Under the pieces are notes generated by a model that saw nothing but the letters and a program-made list of their open reading frames with translations, ran no database searches and was not told where the DNA came from. Below, piece after piece: positions 25,691 to 36,700 of a stretch of 50,970 bases of DNA (the first letter of the stretch is position 1; each line of letters opens with the position of its first letter). Source of the DNA: a virus (lineage: Duplodnaviria; Caudoviricetes); IMG/VR virus record IMGVR_UViG_3300032212_000014, positions 1-50,970 of that record, one strand, 5' to 3'. The translations under genes were made by a program, and so were the position numbers.

Positions 25691-26773
25691 ATGCCTGAGC
25701 TGACTTATTCATCCAGTATGCAGAACGACATCGCTTTGCTTGTGTCCAAATCGCTCTACGCGAATCTGAGCACGGAACAAAAGACGATGATCGATGGCGA
25801 AAGCCTCGGGTCCCCTACGGGTGCCGTTGGTCGTGCATTAAGCCTGCTGGGTGAATACGCCAACAAGCTCAACCTTGGAGCTCCCGACGAGATCCCGTCA
25901 ATCTGGGAGCACTGGCTTGTTAAGAAAGCCGCCGCTGATTGTGCCGCATCGTTCTCGGTTGCCGAGGACGAGGATCTTACCCGAGCCGCGTTCACCGCGC
26001 AGGTCGAGGCATTCCAGGCATACTCGATGCTCGCCTCTGATCACACCACCGCCGATGATCTTGGCTATGAAGTTCAGAAGATCCGCCGATATGTCTTTAC
26101 CTCAACAACCTCGGGCGATAAGCCGGTGCTTCCACAGGTGTCGCTGATTGATACCGCGATTGAATCTGTGCTCTCTGAGTTGTGGAACATGGCTGATTGG
26201 AGCTTCCGATCACAAGATATTGTGGTCAACCTCGCCGCCAATGGAACCGTCACCTACACCCCCGCCGTCACCGTGACCAAGTTTCTCAGCCCGATCCTGT
26301 TCTACACCGATGTCAATGGCGGCCAATGCGTTCTCGCCGATGATGAAATGATCAACGAGTGGAGATCAGAGAACGATCTTGACACCGGCAAGCCGGAGTA
26401 TTTCCGCACTTCTAAAACCGGCTCAACGGTCTCTCTTGTGTTCAACCGTGATCCCGACGACGCATACACCATGCGGACGAGCGTGGCCGTGGGCACCCCT
26501 GCAATGGCCTCTATCGACAACCTCAACACCATGCTGGGTCTCATCACCAATGAGTTCAAACCGATCATCCGCGATTGGGTGCTCGGCAAGGTGCTCGCTC
26601 GCATGAGCCAGCGTGAATCAACCGCCATTCTCAGGCAGGTTCACGACCAAATGGACTCCATGCTCTACACCATGAACGCCAGTGAGAGCGAAGAGAAGCA
26701 AGACTCTTACCGATCGGGCCGTCGCCAGAGCCTTGGCGGTCCATCATTCGGAGATAGTGGCGGCTTCGTATGA
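25691..26773 (+). CDS. putative head-tail adaptor (tail tubular A-like)
   Basis: ELWNMADWSF...TGKPEYF...PDDAYT pattern; position after the capsid genes. Confidence 0.6.
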   Translation: MPELTYSSSMQNDIALLVSKSLYANLSTEQKTMIDGESLGSPTGAVGRALSLLGEYANKLNLGAPDEIPSIWEHWLVKKAAADCAASFSVAEDEDLTRAAFTAQVEAFQAYSMLASDHTTADDLGYEVQKIRRYVFTSTTSGDKPVLPQVSLIDTAIESVLSELWNMADWSFRSQDIVVNLAANGTVTYTPAVTVTKFLSPILFYTDVNGGQCVLADDEMINEWRSENDLDTGKPEYFRTSKTGSTVSLVFNRDPDDAYTMRTSVAVGTPAMASIDNLNTMLGLITNEFKPIIRDWVLGKVLARMSQRESTAILRQVHDQMDSMLYTMNASESEEKQDSYRSGRRQSLGGPSFGDSGGFV

Positions 26774-27588
26774 GCCTCGACCAAAAACTATTCCAGTGGG
26801 TCAAGACAACAATCGCCCCCGCCTTCACGGACCCAACCCGCGTTGTCCGCCGAGACTTCCCCCAATCGATCGGATCGATCGCCCCGCCTCGCGCGGTCTA
26901 TATCCCGTTCAACGAATCAACTCGGGATATCGGCAGCGGCGCAAAGGAACATGCGGGCACCTTGACGATCAGGATCGATGCAGAAAGGGCCATAGCCTTT
27001 GGAACCGGCGACACCCCCGAGGCATCGGGCACCCTTCACGACCTGATCGATGTTATCGACGCCCTTATCGATGACGCCGTTCCAACACTGGCGGGCTACT
27101 CGGCAGTCAAGCTCACAAAGATCGTTGCTCGCGACGGGGACGGCACAGTAGATCATGCCGCTCGAACACTCCGATACACACTCAAGGCATACACCGGGCT
27201 CTCGGGCGTGCCGATGTCCGGCGGCGAGGCTTCTTTGGCGATAACGGGTTATGACGGTGTTGTTGAATCATGGATCGTCAATGATCGATCCCCGCTCAAT
27301 GCAGACATGACAAGCACGGACGATGATCATCCTCAGTATGAACTCGGTGACGCGACCGCCCTTGGCACCATCCGATTCATTCCCCTTGAGACCGATATGC
27401 CATTGCCGGCCTTGGGCTCGACCGCGTGCGTATTCACCTACCACGATGCTGCCTCATGGAGCGACACGATCAAGATCCATGATCGCCGGTGGGCGGTTCG
27501 CCCTGGCACCAACGAAGTGATCGGCCTCGATCTTTCGTTCGTGATTGACAATGACGCCTCCCCATTCTTCACGGGGGTGATTCCGTGA
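26770..27588 (+). CDS. putative neck/tail protein
   Basis: 272-aa ORF, ATGA-coupled. Confidence 0.55.
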   Translation: MSLDQKLFQWVKTTIAPAFTDPTRVVRRDFPQSIGSIAPPRAVYIPFNESTRDIGSGAKEHAGTLTIRIDAERAIAFGTGDTPEASGTLHDLIDVIDALIDDAVPTLAGYSAVKLTKIVARDGDGTVDHAARTLRYTLKAYTGLSGVPMSGGEASLAITGYDGVVESWIVNDRSPLNADMTSTDDDHPQYELGDATALGTIRFIPLETDMPLPALGSTACVFTYHDAASWSDTIKIHDRRWAVRPGTNEVIGLDLSFVIDNDASPFFTGVIP

Positions 27589-27809
27589 TCACAGAAGAAC
27601 AGGCAGCCCAAATCATCGAACTGCTCACTCGCATCGCCGATGGGAGCAAACCTAGCGAGGGTATCGAATCGATCGCCAGCTCCTTAGATACTCTTATCAC
27701 CCAGCTTGATTCACGGATAGACAACCTGCAAGACACCCTTGATCAGATCGAAGAGAGTGTTGGTCAGATTGTCGAATCCCAGTATGATGGATCGGGGGGC
27801 GGCCCATGA
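27585..27809 (+). CDS. small acidic coiled-coil protein
   Basis: Heptad pattern IESIASSLDTLITQLDSRIDNLQDTLDQIE. Confidence 0.6.
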   Translation: MITEEQAAQIIELLTRIADGSKPSEGIESIASSLDTLITQLDSRIDNLQDTLDQIEESVGQIVESQYDGSGGGP

Positions 27810-28591
27810 CTGTAAGTAAACTCACACGCCAGGGTACAACCGATCGGACTGGCGATGTCATCGTACGCGTCGAAGAAGTCTATAAGATCAGTGAGCTTCC
27901 CAACACGGGTTCTTTGTCCGATCTTGAAATCCTTGCACTGGCACAAGCGCCTGATTCGGGCACGCCTGTAGCTGGGGATTTTTCGGTTCGTTCAGGGCTC
28001 ACTCTCCCCCGCTTCCGAATCAATCGAAACTTGGCCTCGAAGCATCAGGCCACCATCCGTGTGGTCTGGGGTCGGCGATACAGCAACGGCGGCGGGGTGA
28101 TCTCGGTTCAGGGGTTTGGCTCAGACTCGATCGATCGCACCGTTCTACAGCCATACCTCAAGACCGAGGATATCGATGTCGATGGTGTTCCTGCCACAAT
28201 CTTGAGCCTTGATTTTCGCCAGATTGACCGGATGATTACCACCTCAGTCTACCGCCGCTTGCTTGACGCCTCGATCCCCGTCGAATCTGTCGAGGCTATG
28301 GTGAACTTCAATAGACGACGGCTCTATACATTCGGTGGCGAGTGGCGATTGCTTCTCCGCCACAAGATCGTCCAGGCGAACGCCACGCAATTTTATGTTG
28401 ATACATTCTTCATCACCAAGTCAGCCTTGCCCCCGGTCCTAGCCGATGAGTTTGGGACCGGAACATTTCCTATCGACGAGCTCCCTGTGCTAGGCGAGTA
28501 TGTCGATCCTGTTCCCTTTACGGATAACAAAACGCATGTCAAAGGACCAGAAGAACTCTATCAGTTGGGGCTCACTCTCCCATGGCTCTAG
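27806..28591 (+). CDS. putative tail protein
   Basis: 261-aa coupled ORF. Confidence 0.55.
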   Translation: MTVSKLTRQGTTDRTGDVIVRVEEVYKISELPNTGSLSDLEILALAQAPDSGTPVAGDFSVRSGLTLPRFRINRNLASKHQATIRVVWGRRYSNGGGVISVQGFGSDSIDRTVLQPYLKTEDIDVDGVPATILSLDFRQIDRMITTSVYRRLLDASIPVESVEAMVNFNRRRLYTFGGEWRLLLRHKIVQANATQFYVDTFFITKSALPPVLADEFGTGTFPIDELPVLGEYVDPVPFTDNKTHVKGPEELYQLGLTLPWL

Positions 28592-28983
28592 TCAACCCAT
28601 CCATATTCGAGACCGTCAATCAGCTCCGCGACGAGATGGGCAGGGGGAATATCCGTGTGCTCAAAGCGATCATCCTCGGGGTGTTCGTGGACGGGGCGAG
28701 TATCGGGGATCAGGTGCCCCGCGATGTGGCGAGCAAGATCACTTATGCCGTGGGCATATTGGATTCCTCCGCTCGGATCGATCAATCGGTGCTCAATGCA
28801 ATGACGCCAGCGGATCGACCGGGCATCAATGTCCGGGTCGTTGGGCCAAAGAGGTACACGCCTGTCGAGATCGTCATCGTCAGCATTGGCGGTACGCCCA
28901 AGGTGCATCTATTCGTGAGAGGGACCGAGCGGATTGATTTGTACGGATGCAACGGCAAGCCAGTATTGGAGATCAGCCCATGA
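28582..28983 (+). CDS. putative virion protein
   Basis: 133-aa coupled ORF. Confidence 0.55.
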   Translation: MALVNPSIFETVNQLRDEMGRGNIRVLKAIILGVFVDGASIGDQVPRDVASKITYAVGILDSSARIDQSVLNAMTPADRPGINVRVVGPKRYTPVEIVIVSIGGTPKVHLFVRGTERIDLYGCNGKPVLEISP

Positions 28984-29303
28984 GTTTTTCCCAAGGCCAG
29001 AAATACATGATCGACCTCGCGAATGATGGCGACTATGTTGATATCGATGTCTCTCGCTTGCCCGGCTGGACAGTGCGAGTCCTTGACATTGCCGATTGGG
29101 GCAACGCGGTTGTTGAGATACAAAAACTCTTTGGTTCTATCACACACTCATATTCGACCGCCAAAGAACTCAGCGTCGCCGGCGTGGACATCCACGAAAA
29201 CACCACCGATGAGCAGACTCAAAGTATCCGCCTCGTCGTCACCACACCAGACACAGCAAAGGGTCATGGAAGAATCATGCTCTTTGGTAAGGAGACACAA
29301 TAA
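28980..29303 (+). CDS. putative virion protein
   Basis: Start MSFSQGQ by ATGA overlap; beta-rich. Confidence 0.55.
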   Translation: MSFSQGQKYMIDLANDGDYVDIDVSRLPGWTVRVLDIADWGNAVVEIQKLFGSITHSYSTAKELSVAGVDIHENTTDEQTQSIRLVVTTPDTAKGHGRIMLFGKETQ

Positions 29304-30109
29304 TGCCACCTGTAACAAGAACATGGACCGGAGCAACCAGCGGTGCCTTTGACGAAACGACCAACTGGCTCGGCGGGGTCATCCCTCTGGTCACCGATCA
29401 CCTTGTCTTTGATCGCGGAACACGGGATCTTGATTCCGTGACCCCCGGCTTTGCTCTGGGCAATATCGTTACGACCAGTGGATACAAAGGCCGCATCGCT
29501 CCGGGCGGGTCGTTTAATGCGGATTGCGATAGCATCCGGCACGGGTCAGGGTCGGCCAACTACAACGGCGATTGCGCTGATGTCAAGATCAACCCCACGC
29601 CGGGCGCGAAGATCAACCTTGTTGGAGGCACATGGACTGAGGCATTCGCCGAGCGAGCGGATATTTCAGTGCAATCATCGGGCGTGATTACCACTCTTCG
29701 CGGGCGTGATATTGATCTTGACGATGTGGGCGGCACAGCCTACACGCTCCTTGAGGCCGCGGGCGCATCGCGTATCAAGACCAAACGCGGCGGTCGGATC
29801 ATTGTCAAGTCTGGATCGATGGCCGACATTCTTGATTCGGCGGTGCTCAGCGCCAACTCAAAGGCGGAATCGGCGGGCGTTATCCGATATCTTTCCGACG
29901 CCGAGATTGCCGGCCTTGTTGAGGTTGAGCGAAAGGGTGTATTCTCGGCGACCGAGAACGCCAGCGCCTTCGCATTCAGCGGCACGCTCGGTCTCTGGCC
30001 CGACGCGATCTATGACCTCAACACCCGCGCCGGCTCGGTCACCCCTGCTACATTCAAGCCTTACGGCCTGAGTACATCGAGCAACGCAGGGCGTCCGACC
30101 CCGAAGTAA
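29303..30109 (+). CDS. putative beta-helical tail spike/fibre protein
   Basis: TRTWTGATSGAFDETTNWLGGVIP adhesin-like N-terminus; Gly/Ser/Ala-rich. Confidence 0.55.
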   Translation: MPPVTRTWTGATSGAFDETTNWLGGVIPLVTDHLVFDRGTRDLDSVTPGFALGNIVTTSGYKGRIAPGGSFNADCDSIRHGSGSANYNGDCADVKINPTPGAKINLVGGTWTEAFAERADISVQSSGVITTLRGRDIDLDDVGGTAYTLLEAAGASRIKTKRGGRIIVKSGSMADILDSAVLSANSKAESAGVIRYLSDAEIAGLVEVERKGVFSATENASAFAFSGTLGLWPDAIYDLNTRAGSVTPATFKPYGLSTSSNAGRPTPK

Positions 30110-30121
30110 TCAAGGGTTCTT

Positions 30122-32095
30122 ATGCCTCCCACCGAGCCTGCGGGCCTTGCGATCACACTCGATGACGGCACACCTGCTGCCCGCGCGATCACTCTACCTG
30201 ATGGTTCGGTGGCGATGCTTTCGGATTCGGATGCGGAGTGTTGTTGTGATGATGCCATGTCGGATTGCTACATCAAGATCCTACCCTGTTTTTGCAGCCT
30301 TGAGTCCGAGGCTCGGTATCTCGAAAACACCGACGAGCTGGCAACGCTTTGGCCTGAGTCGGATCGAGAGTCGGGCGGGGCGATTAGTATCGACGGCGTG
30401 TGCTACGGGTGGTATGGGAATCATCTGGGAGTCGTGCCCCAATCCCTGATCCTTGATATTTCAAGCGCTACAGCGTCGGGGAACTGTCATACTGCGCCAT
30501 GCCTCGACCAAGAGCCTTGCCCTGAGTGCGACAACGGCGGGTACACTGCGCGTATTTTCGGAGATTGTGATTATCCGGGCGAGTCGCTTGAGTGTGTGGG
30601 TCGAACCTACACCCTGTTCCATGCGTCGGGCCGTGAAACGCTCACAAGCTCAACGGGCGTTGTCTTGTTGTCTCGGCGGGTGTCGGTCTCTCGCAGTGTT
30701 CTCTGGGAGGCTGACGCGAGCGGGGTTATTCATCTGCGATCGTGGGCGTACAGCGCTAGTTATTTCGAGGAACAGTACACGGCGGGCGGTTCTTTTTCAG
30801 AGCGTACGGTTGGTGTCGCTCGATACTCGACGGGTGACAACCCCAACGGATATATCTCAAGCACCAACGGCGCGGGTTTGCCCGGCATTCTGGGTGGGTT
30901 GTGGGGTGCAAACGCAACATTTGAGAATGGCGATGTGACACGAACCTTTGCCAGCGGGAGTGAAATCACGCTCGGTGGTACATTCGGTGTGAGCGGATCT
31001 TTGCAGGGGATCGAATCCTGCAACGACTCATACTCGGACGGGGACAGCTCGGCAACACTCGATAAAAGATTTGGACTGAGCGGCGGGCATTCAAACGCGA
31101 CAACATCCTTGACGACTGGAAACGGATCGGTACGCGAGATGTCGGGCAACTCGTCCGTCGTCAATCTGTTTACGAATCTCGGAGAAAACGGCGAGCTTCC
31201 ATCTTTCGAGCTTTGCACCGATCCCCGCATTGCCCGCGCTTGTAACCCTGAAACAGTCCCCCAAGTGATTACATACGATCGCGATCTTGCCCCTGAATGG
31301 GCCTTGTCTGCTCGGAACACCGAGAACGACGAGCTTTACGCTTTAACGCTTGAGATCAGCGAGGATGAACCGATCGAAGGGCTGGCGTATTCCACCGAGG
31401 AATGTGAGGGGGTCGTGTCGTTCGTCGCGATTGAGTGCGGGGGAGAAAGGCGAATCGCGTTCGATCCCGATTCAGTGTCCGCTGAAAGCGTCACGCTCCT
31501 GCACGAAGGCGTGCGATACTCACCGACAGACGAAGTTTCAGCTGATGATCCGGTATCGGTCACAGGCTCCCCAGACCCATGCCCCGGCGAGTGGTTTATT
31601 GCCGTTCGCTGCGGGTCTTTGCCGAACGATGCAGATTTCCCAGATCAACCGGTGTTCAAATACCAAGTTGAGCCGGGGATGGTTGCGGGTGAGGGAACAG
31701 TTATTGCTCACTGGACAGACGGCGGAGATCCGGGCACGCCCGGCGTATGTCGGCACACATTCTTCTTGAGACCGACAACAACACCCACCACGCCGGGGAG
31801 TGATTTCTTTGAGCGCCAGATCCCCGGCAACTGCTCAACGGCCATTGGCGGGCGATCAGGAGAGTGTGTGGACGGTACACGCCCAGTTCGATTCCCGATT
31901 ATTGAGCGTAGGCCGGGCGGGCTTGGAACCATGCTCAAGGGCACGATCAACACGGCGGCTCGCATTGCTACTCTCGGACGAGTAAAGCAGGTGAAGCAAT
32001 GCAGCGGGTGTAAAAATCGAGAAGATCAGCTCAATCAAATCGGGCAAAGTGTCGCCCAAACCACCAATCGAATCTTGAAACAGATAAGTTCCTGA
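30122..32095 (+). CDS. Cys-rich putative receptor-binding/tail protein
   Basis: 657 aa with many Cys; C-terminal GLG...CSGCKNREDQLN motif. Confidence 0.55.
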   Translation: MPPTEPAGLAITLDDGTPAARAITLPDGSVAMLSDSDAECCCDDAMSDCYIKILPCFCSLESEARYLENTDELATLWPESDRESGGAISIDGVCYGWYGNHLGVVPQSLILDISSATASGNCHTAPCLDQEPCPECDNGGYTARIFGDCDYPGESLECVGRTYTLFHASGRETLTSSTGVVLLSRRVSVSRSVLWEADASGVIHLRSWAYSASYFEEQYTAGGSFSERTVGVARYSTGDNPNGYISSTNGAGLPGILGGLWGANATFENGDVTRTFASGSEITLGGTFGVSGSLQGIESCNDSYSDGDSSATLDKRFGLSGGHSNATTSLTTGNGSVREMSGNSSVVNLFTNLGENGELPSFELCTDPRIARACNPETVPQVITYDRDLAPEWALSARNTENDELYALTLEISEDEPIEGLAYSTEECEGVVSFVAIECGGERRIAFDPDSVSAESVTLLHEGVRYSPTDEVSADDPVSVTGSPDPCPGEWFIAVRCGSLPNDADFPDQPVFKYQVEPGMVAGEGTVIAHWTDGGDPGTPGVCRHTFFLRPTTTPTTPGSDFFERQIPGNCSTAIGGRSGECVDGTRPVRFPIIERRPGGLGTMLKGTINTAARIATLGRVKQVKQCSGCKNREDQLNQIGQSVAQTTNRILKQISS

Positions 32096-32123
32096 GTACA
32101 GGGTTTCACAACCTCTCTGTATA

Positions 32124-32138
32124 GCGTACACTAACAAC
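32124..32138 (+). promoter_or_regulatory. CTAAC motif upstream of the ejection-protein genes
   Basis: GCGTACACTAACAAC. Confidence 0.45.
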
Positions 32139-32155
32139 AACCAAGGAGCCCGCCT

Positions 32156-33685
32156 ATGAGCCAGTTTCAAAACATCGGTTACGCCGTCAGCCGGCAGATC
32201 AATCAGGCCAACCCGTCCGCAGGCGATCAGTCCAAAAAAACCCGCGACGACATACTGAAAAAGAAGAAGAAAGCCAATGCCGAAAAGATTGCCAGCGGAC
32301 GCTCAAAGACCAAGCTCCGTGATCTTCGTCATCAGGCATTGCTCGACCAGGGGGTAGATCCTGAACAGCTTATCAAGGACCGCCGCGCCCTGCGATTCCA
32401 AACCAATCGCCAGCTTATCGATTCTCGCCGGCTCCATCGCAAAGCGAACGAAGCGGACCGCAACGGAAACAGTGAAGTTGCAGAATCAATCCGTCAAGGC
32501 GCGTCCGCCCTGCGATCCACCGCCGAGGGCAACCGCCGAACAATCAGCGACCAGAGCAGTTTGCTTCGCACCAATCTCGGTGACCTCTCGCCAGCCGAAC
32601 AAGTCGCCAACCGCAAGGCGAGCGAGCAGCAACTCAACCGATCCCTCGCAAGCACCGCGAGCAGCGCCAACGCCAATGCCACCGCTCAAGGCCAGAAGGT
32701 TACTCGCCAGCTTGCTGATATTGGCCGGCGTGCCTTCGCTCTTGAGAATGGGAGACCAGCGCCAGAGGGTTTCAGTGACGAAGCCTTGGCTGATTATGCA
32801 CGCACCAGCTCGCCCGATCTTCTCCAAAGAATCACCCGTGGTGTGCCCCTGCCCAATGCGAACGCTGCACGCGAGTCCGCCGATGCGATCTCCCAAAGTG
32901 CCGAGCGGGGGTTTTCTATTCCCGATCGCGGAATCTCCACAAACACCAACGATCCGCGCGTGATCAACGATGTCCGCCAAGCCCAGGAAATCGCCAACCT
33001 TGCAGGGGACGCACAGGCTGGGATCAACCGCAGGCAGATCGGTGCCGCCGATGCACAGTCTCGACAGCTTCTCTCAGGCTCACAGACCGCCGCGAACATT
33101 GCCGAGCAGACATCGACACCAAACATCGAAACCGCAACTACCAATGCCCAAACCGAAGCATCAGAAGCCAAGCGAAATCTGAATCAGTCTGAATCTAACC
33201 AGCAGATCGAATCAGATCGAAGCAATCGACTTATCGGAGCTTTAGGAAGCTCTGATGATGAATCTTTCGTTATTTCAAGCATCCAAACAACCGACCAAAA
33301 CATCGATCTTGTAGACTCTCTCTCAAACAAGATTCCTCGAAGTATCGCAAGACTCAAGGGGATGAAATCAACATCTTCAGCCCGGAAGAAGGTTTCCGAC
33401 GCACTTGATCATGTTGATCGACTTCAACTCGATAGCAGCCTCAGTGTTTCCGAAAAATCAGCCCTTGCCAAAAGTGCTCTTAAACAAATGGGCCAAGTCG
33501 CCAATGAAAAAGACCTTGTTGTAAACGGCGTGTTTGACACCGTAAGAAGAAGTTTCAATGACGATCGAATCCTCTCTGGGTTTAATAACCGCAAGACAAC
33601 TCCACAGTCACGGGACACATTTGAGATCAATCGAGATTTCAGGATTCTTATCGACAAGCTACGAAGAATCGCCGCAATCTCATAA
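32156..33685 (+). CDS. putative internal virion (ejection) protein
   Basis: 509 aa, Ala/Gln/Ser/Arg-rich and helical, AAGGAG RBS. Confidence 0.6.
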   Translation: MSQFQNIGYAVSRQINQANPSAGDQSKKTRDDILKKKKKANAEKIASGRSKTKLRDLRHQALLDQGVDPEQLIKDRRALRFQTNRQLIDSRRLHRKANEADRNGNSEVAESIRQGASALRSTAEGNRRTISDQSSLLRTNLGDLSPAEQVANRKASEQQLNRSLASTASSANANATAQGQKVTRQLADIGRRAFALENGRPAPEGFSDEALADYARTSSPDLLQRITRGVPLPNANAARESADAISQSAERGFSIPDRGISTNTNDPRVINDVRQAQEIANLAGDAQAGINRRQIGAADAQSRQLLSGSQTAANIAEQTSTPNIETATTNAQTEASEAKRNLNQSESNQQIESDRSNRLIGALGSSDDESFVISSIQTTDQNIDLVDSLSNKIPRSIARLKGMKSTSSARKKVSDALDHVDRLQLDSSLSVSEKSALAKSALKQMGQVANEKDLVVNGVFDTVRRSFNDDRILSGFNNRKTTPQSRDTFEINRDFRILIDKLRRIAAIS

Positions 33686-33700
33686 TACAAGAGTTATCGA

Positions 33701-36700
33701 TTGTCCACCCTCACCAATATCTCCCCGCTTAATCTTTCACGAAGCGCGATCACTGCGCCGCGAGCGTTTGCCTTTGACCGCTCTATCACTCCGTCGCCCA
33801 GCCCTGCGATCGAGCAACAAGAAACCGTGAAGCCTGTCACGCTCGGCCCGATCCCCGTCGAGCAATCACCCCAAGCACGGGTCAACACCCTCAAACTCGA
33901 TACCGCTGTTGAGTTTAATCGCAAGACGACACCGCAATCAGTGGTCGATCTTCGCGCGGCTCCCCGGTACTCTATCAGCCAGATCAACTCACTCTCTACC
34001 GACGAAATCAAATCTCGGATGTCACAACTCGACAACAACGACCGTCGCCCAGGCTGGGTGAAGTTCCTTGATCTCGTTGATGCACCGCGCAACTTCATCG
34101 CCAACACCGTCACCGAAAACTTCATGCCCGAAGCACACCGCATGGCGATCGAGCGAGGCGACTTCGATCAGTTCGGGCAAGTCAAGGTCTTTGGTTCTGA
34201 CATGCTCCGATCGATGGGGATCAAAAACAATGTGGTTAATGCGGTTGCTGGATTCTTGATCGATGTCGCCACCGATCCGATCTCGTTCATCGGCGGTCCG
34301 GTCGGCGGGCTCAAGACGGTCGGCACTCGCGGCGCTATCTCGATCTCCAACCGTGGACAGAAAGTGCTCCGCGGCGGATTCAAGACCCTCTCGAACACTG
34401 GCTCGACCGCGGGCATTGTTGACGACGCCGCTCGCAACCTTATCGAAAAAACACTCATGGTCGGTCGCGACGCCGGCCATATCGACGACACCACCGACGC
34501 GGCCTCGTTGGGTGCCTATGTATCCAACACCCTGCTCGGACAGCAAAGCAAGCTCTCCAAGGCCGGCGAGAAAGTGCGGCTCGGCGGAAGCACCAAGGGC
34601 GGCGCGTTGGCCGAAGATTTCTTCGATGTCACGGATGATGTTGTCGGGCTCGCTCGCAAGAATGGTACGCTCTCGCCAGCGGTTCCCGGCGCCCAAGCAC
34701 TCGGGCATCTCCCCGGCCAAGGCGAGCGTGTGAAAGCGGTCAAAGACTTTGTTGCAGCCCACACCAACAACGGAGGATTCGCCCTTGGGCTCTCGGGTAA
34801 AAGCGGCGGTGCTGAGATCGCTCATCTCCCCTTCACCAGCAAGACCCTCACCGCCCCCGCGTTCAATGTTGCCGGCATCCAGTTCGGCAATCGCGCCGTT
34901 GTCCAGAAGGGCATCGCTCTGGCACTCAACGGCAAGGCCGCCGGTGGCCGTCACTTGATCCGTGCCGCCGAGGAATCCAAGGATATCTCAAGGATCTCCG
35001 ATGATATCAATCGCTTGCTTGACGAGAAGATCCTCGGCGAGCAAGCCGGCGATGATGTCTCTGGCGTCCTCGACGAACTGATCAACAAACAGATCGAGCT
35101 TGGCGAATGGCATGAGCGTGCCAAGGTTCGCAAGGGCCAAGTGCCCGCGGGCCTTAATGATCTCCAGTCCCCTGAAACACTGGGCGACTTCCTGGCAACC
35201 GCGCAGCTTGAGGCAGCGGCATCGGCTGATCTCCGCCGGGCCGCTGCCTCACTCGCGATGTCTGATATTGAGAACGGCATCCAGCGGGGAATCACCGAGG
35301 GCACCTTGTCATCGAGCCGCCGTATCCGCGATGCGTTGATCAATGAAGCCGGCGTCAAGTTTGAACTCACCCCAGAAGAAGCGTTCGATATGATCGCGCA
35401 CCCTGAGCGTCGCAACCTGGCGATGCAAGACTTGATCGATCTTCGTACGCAGCATGTCGATGATCGATATGCTGACCTGATCAAACTCAGTGACGAAAAC
35501 CTTATGTTCGCCGAATCATCGATCGATGGTCTCCATGCGGTTGTCGAGGCTGCCGCTGAATCCGCCAAGCTCCGTGGCGGAAGTGTCCGCCGAGCGCTCA
35601 GCTCTGATAACCGGCTCATGGTTGACGCGGCCAAGAAGGTGATGCGGATCAGCGATGATGAAATCGGTGTTCATCCCCTCTCCAAGTTTGAGACCATGGC
35701 CCGATCCCTCGGTTTTACCGGATGGGACACCTCGATCGCAGGGCTTGGGATGAGCGGGGCGATCAATCTGGGCGGAGTTGGTGGAATCCAACAAGGTGTA
35801 TTCCAATCCATCCGCCGTATTGCCGCGGGCGCTGACGATGCGGGGACCGCGATCTCGACCAACTTCCTCAAAGGTCGCGGCGAGTTTGCGGGCAGCGGCG
35901 GGATCAATGGAGTTGCCAAGGCCGGCGGGGTTAAGACAGGTCGCGAATATGATCTCTTGTCGCAATGGGTCACGATGAAGGCGGAGATAGCCTTGCGTGA
36001 GGCTTCCGGCTTTCCTCCCCTTGTGATCAAGAACACCAACGCAGATGGAGCACCAACGGCAGCCGCACGCTTCAAGCAAAGTCTCGATGCCCAAGGATGG
36101 CTCAACAACCCTGAGATGGTTGCCAAGGTCGATCAACTGGTTGCCGAATCACAGGGCGTCATGCTCAAGTACGGTGAGGATATGCTTGCACGCGGAGAGG
36201 TGGACAGCCTGATCTCGGCGTATCTCCCGTCCCAGCTTCGCGAGGGTGCAGCAGGCCGTGCTCGGGCGCTCAAGCAAAAGGGCGGGGTGCAGGCGAAGAT
36301 TGCCGAGCGAACATCAAACGCCCTCAACGATCCAACACACGGACGCTCCACAAACCTGGTCGAGTTCACCGACAAAGACGGCGTTGCTCGCAGCTTTATG
36401 ATCCTTGAGTCCGATGTATGGCGCGGTGTGAGCGACGAGGATCTACTCAAGCTACAGACTGTTGATCCCCAAGCCGCCCAGCGAGCACTTGAGATCCGCG
36501 ACGACATCCGCGCCTTCGATGAGATATTCGGGGCCGACCCTGAAACCATGCGTGATATCAGCCGTCCGCTTCTCCCCTTCGAGATCAACGACTACTCTTC
36601 GACCGGTGCCCTCGATGGTCTTGTCGGCGGGCCGCTCATGGAGAGCGAGCAGTTGTTTGAAACCGATATGATGAAGCTGCTCTATAACCGCACACGATCG

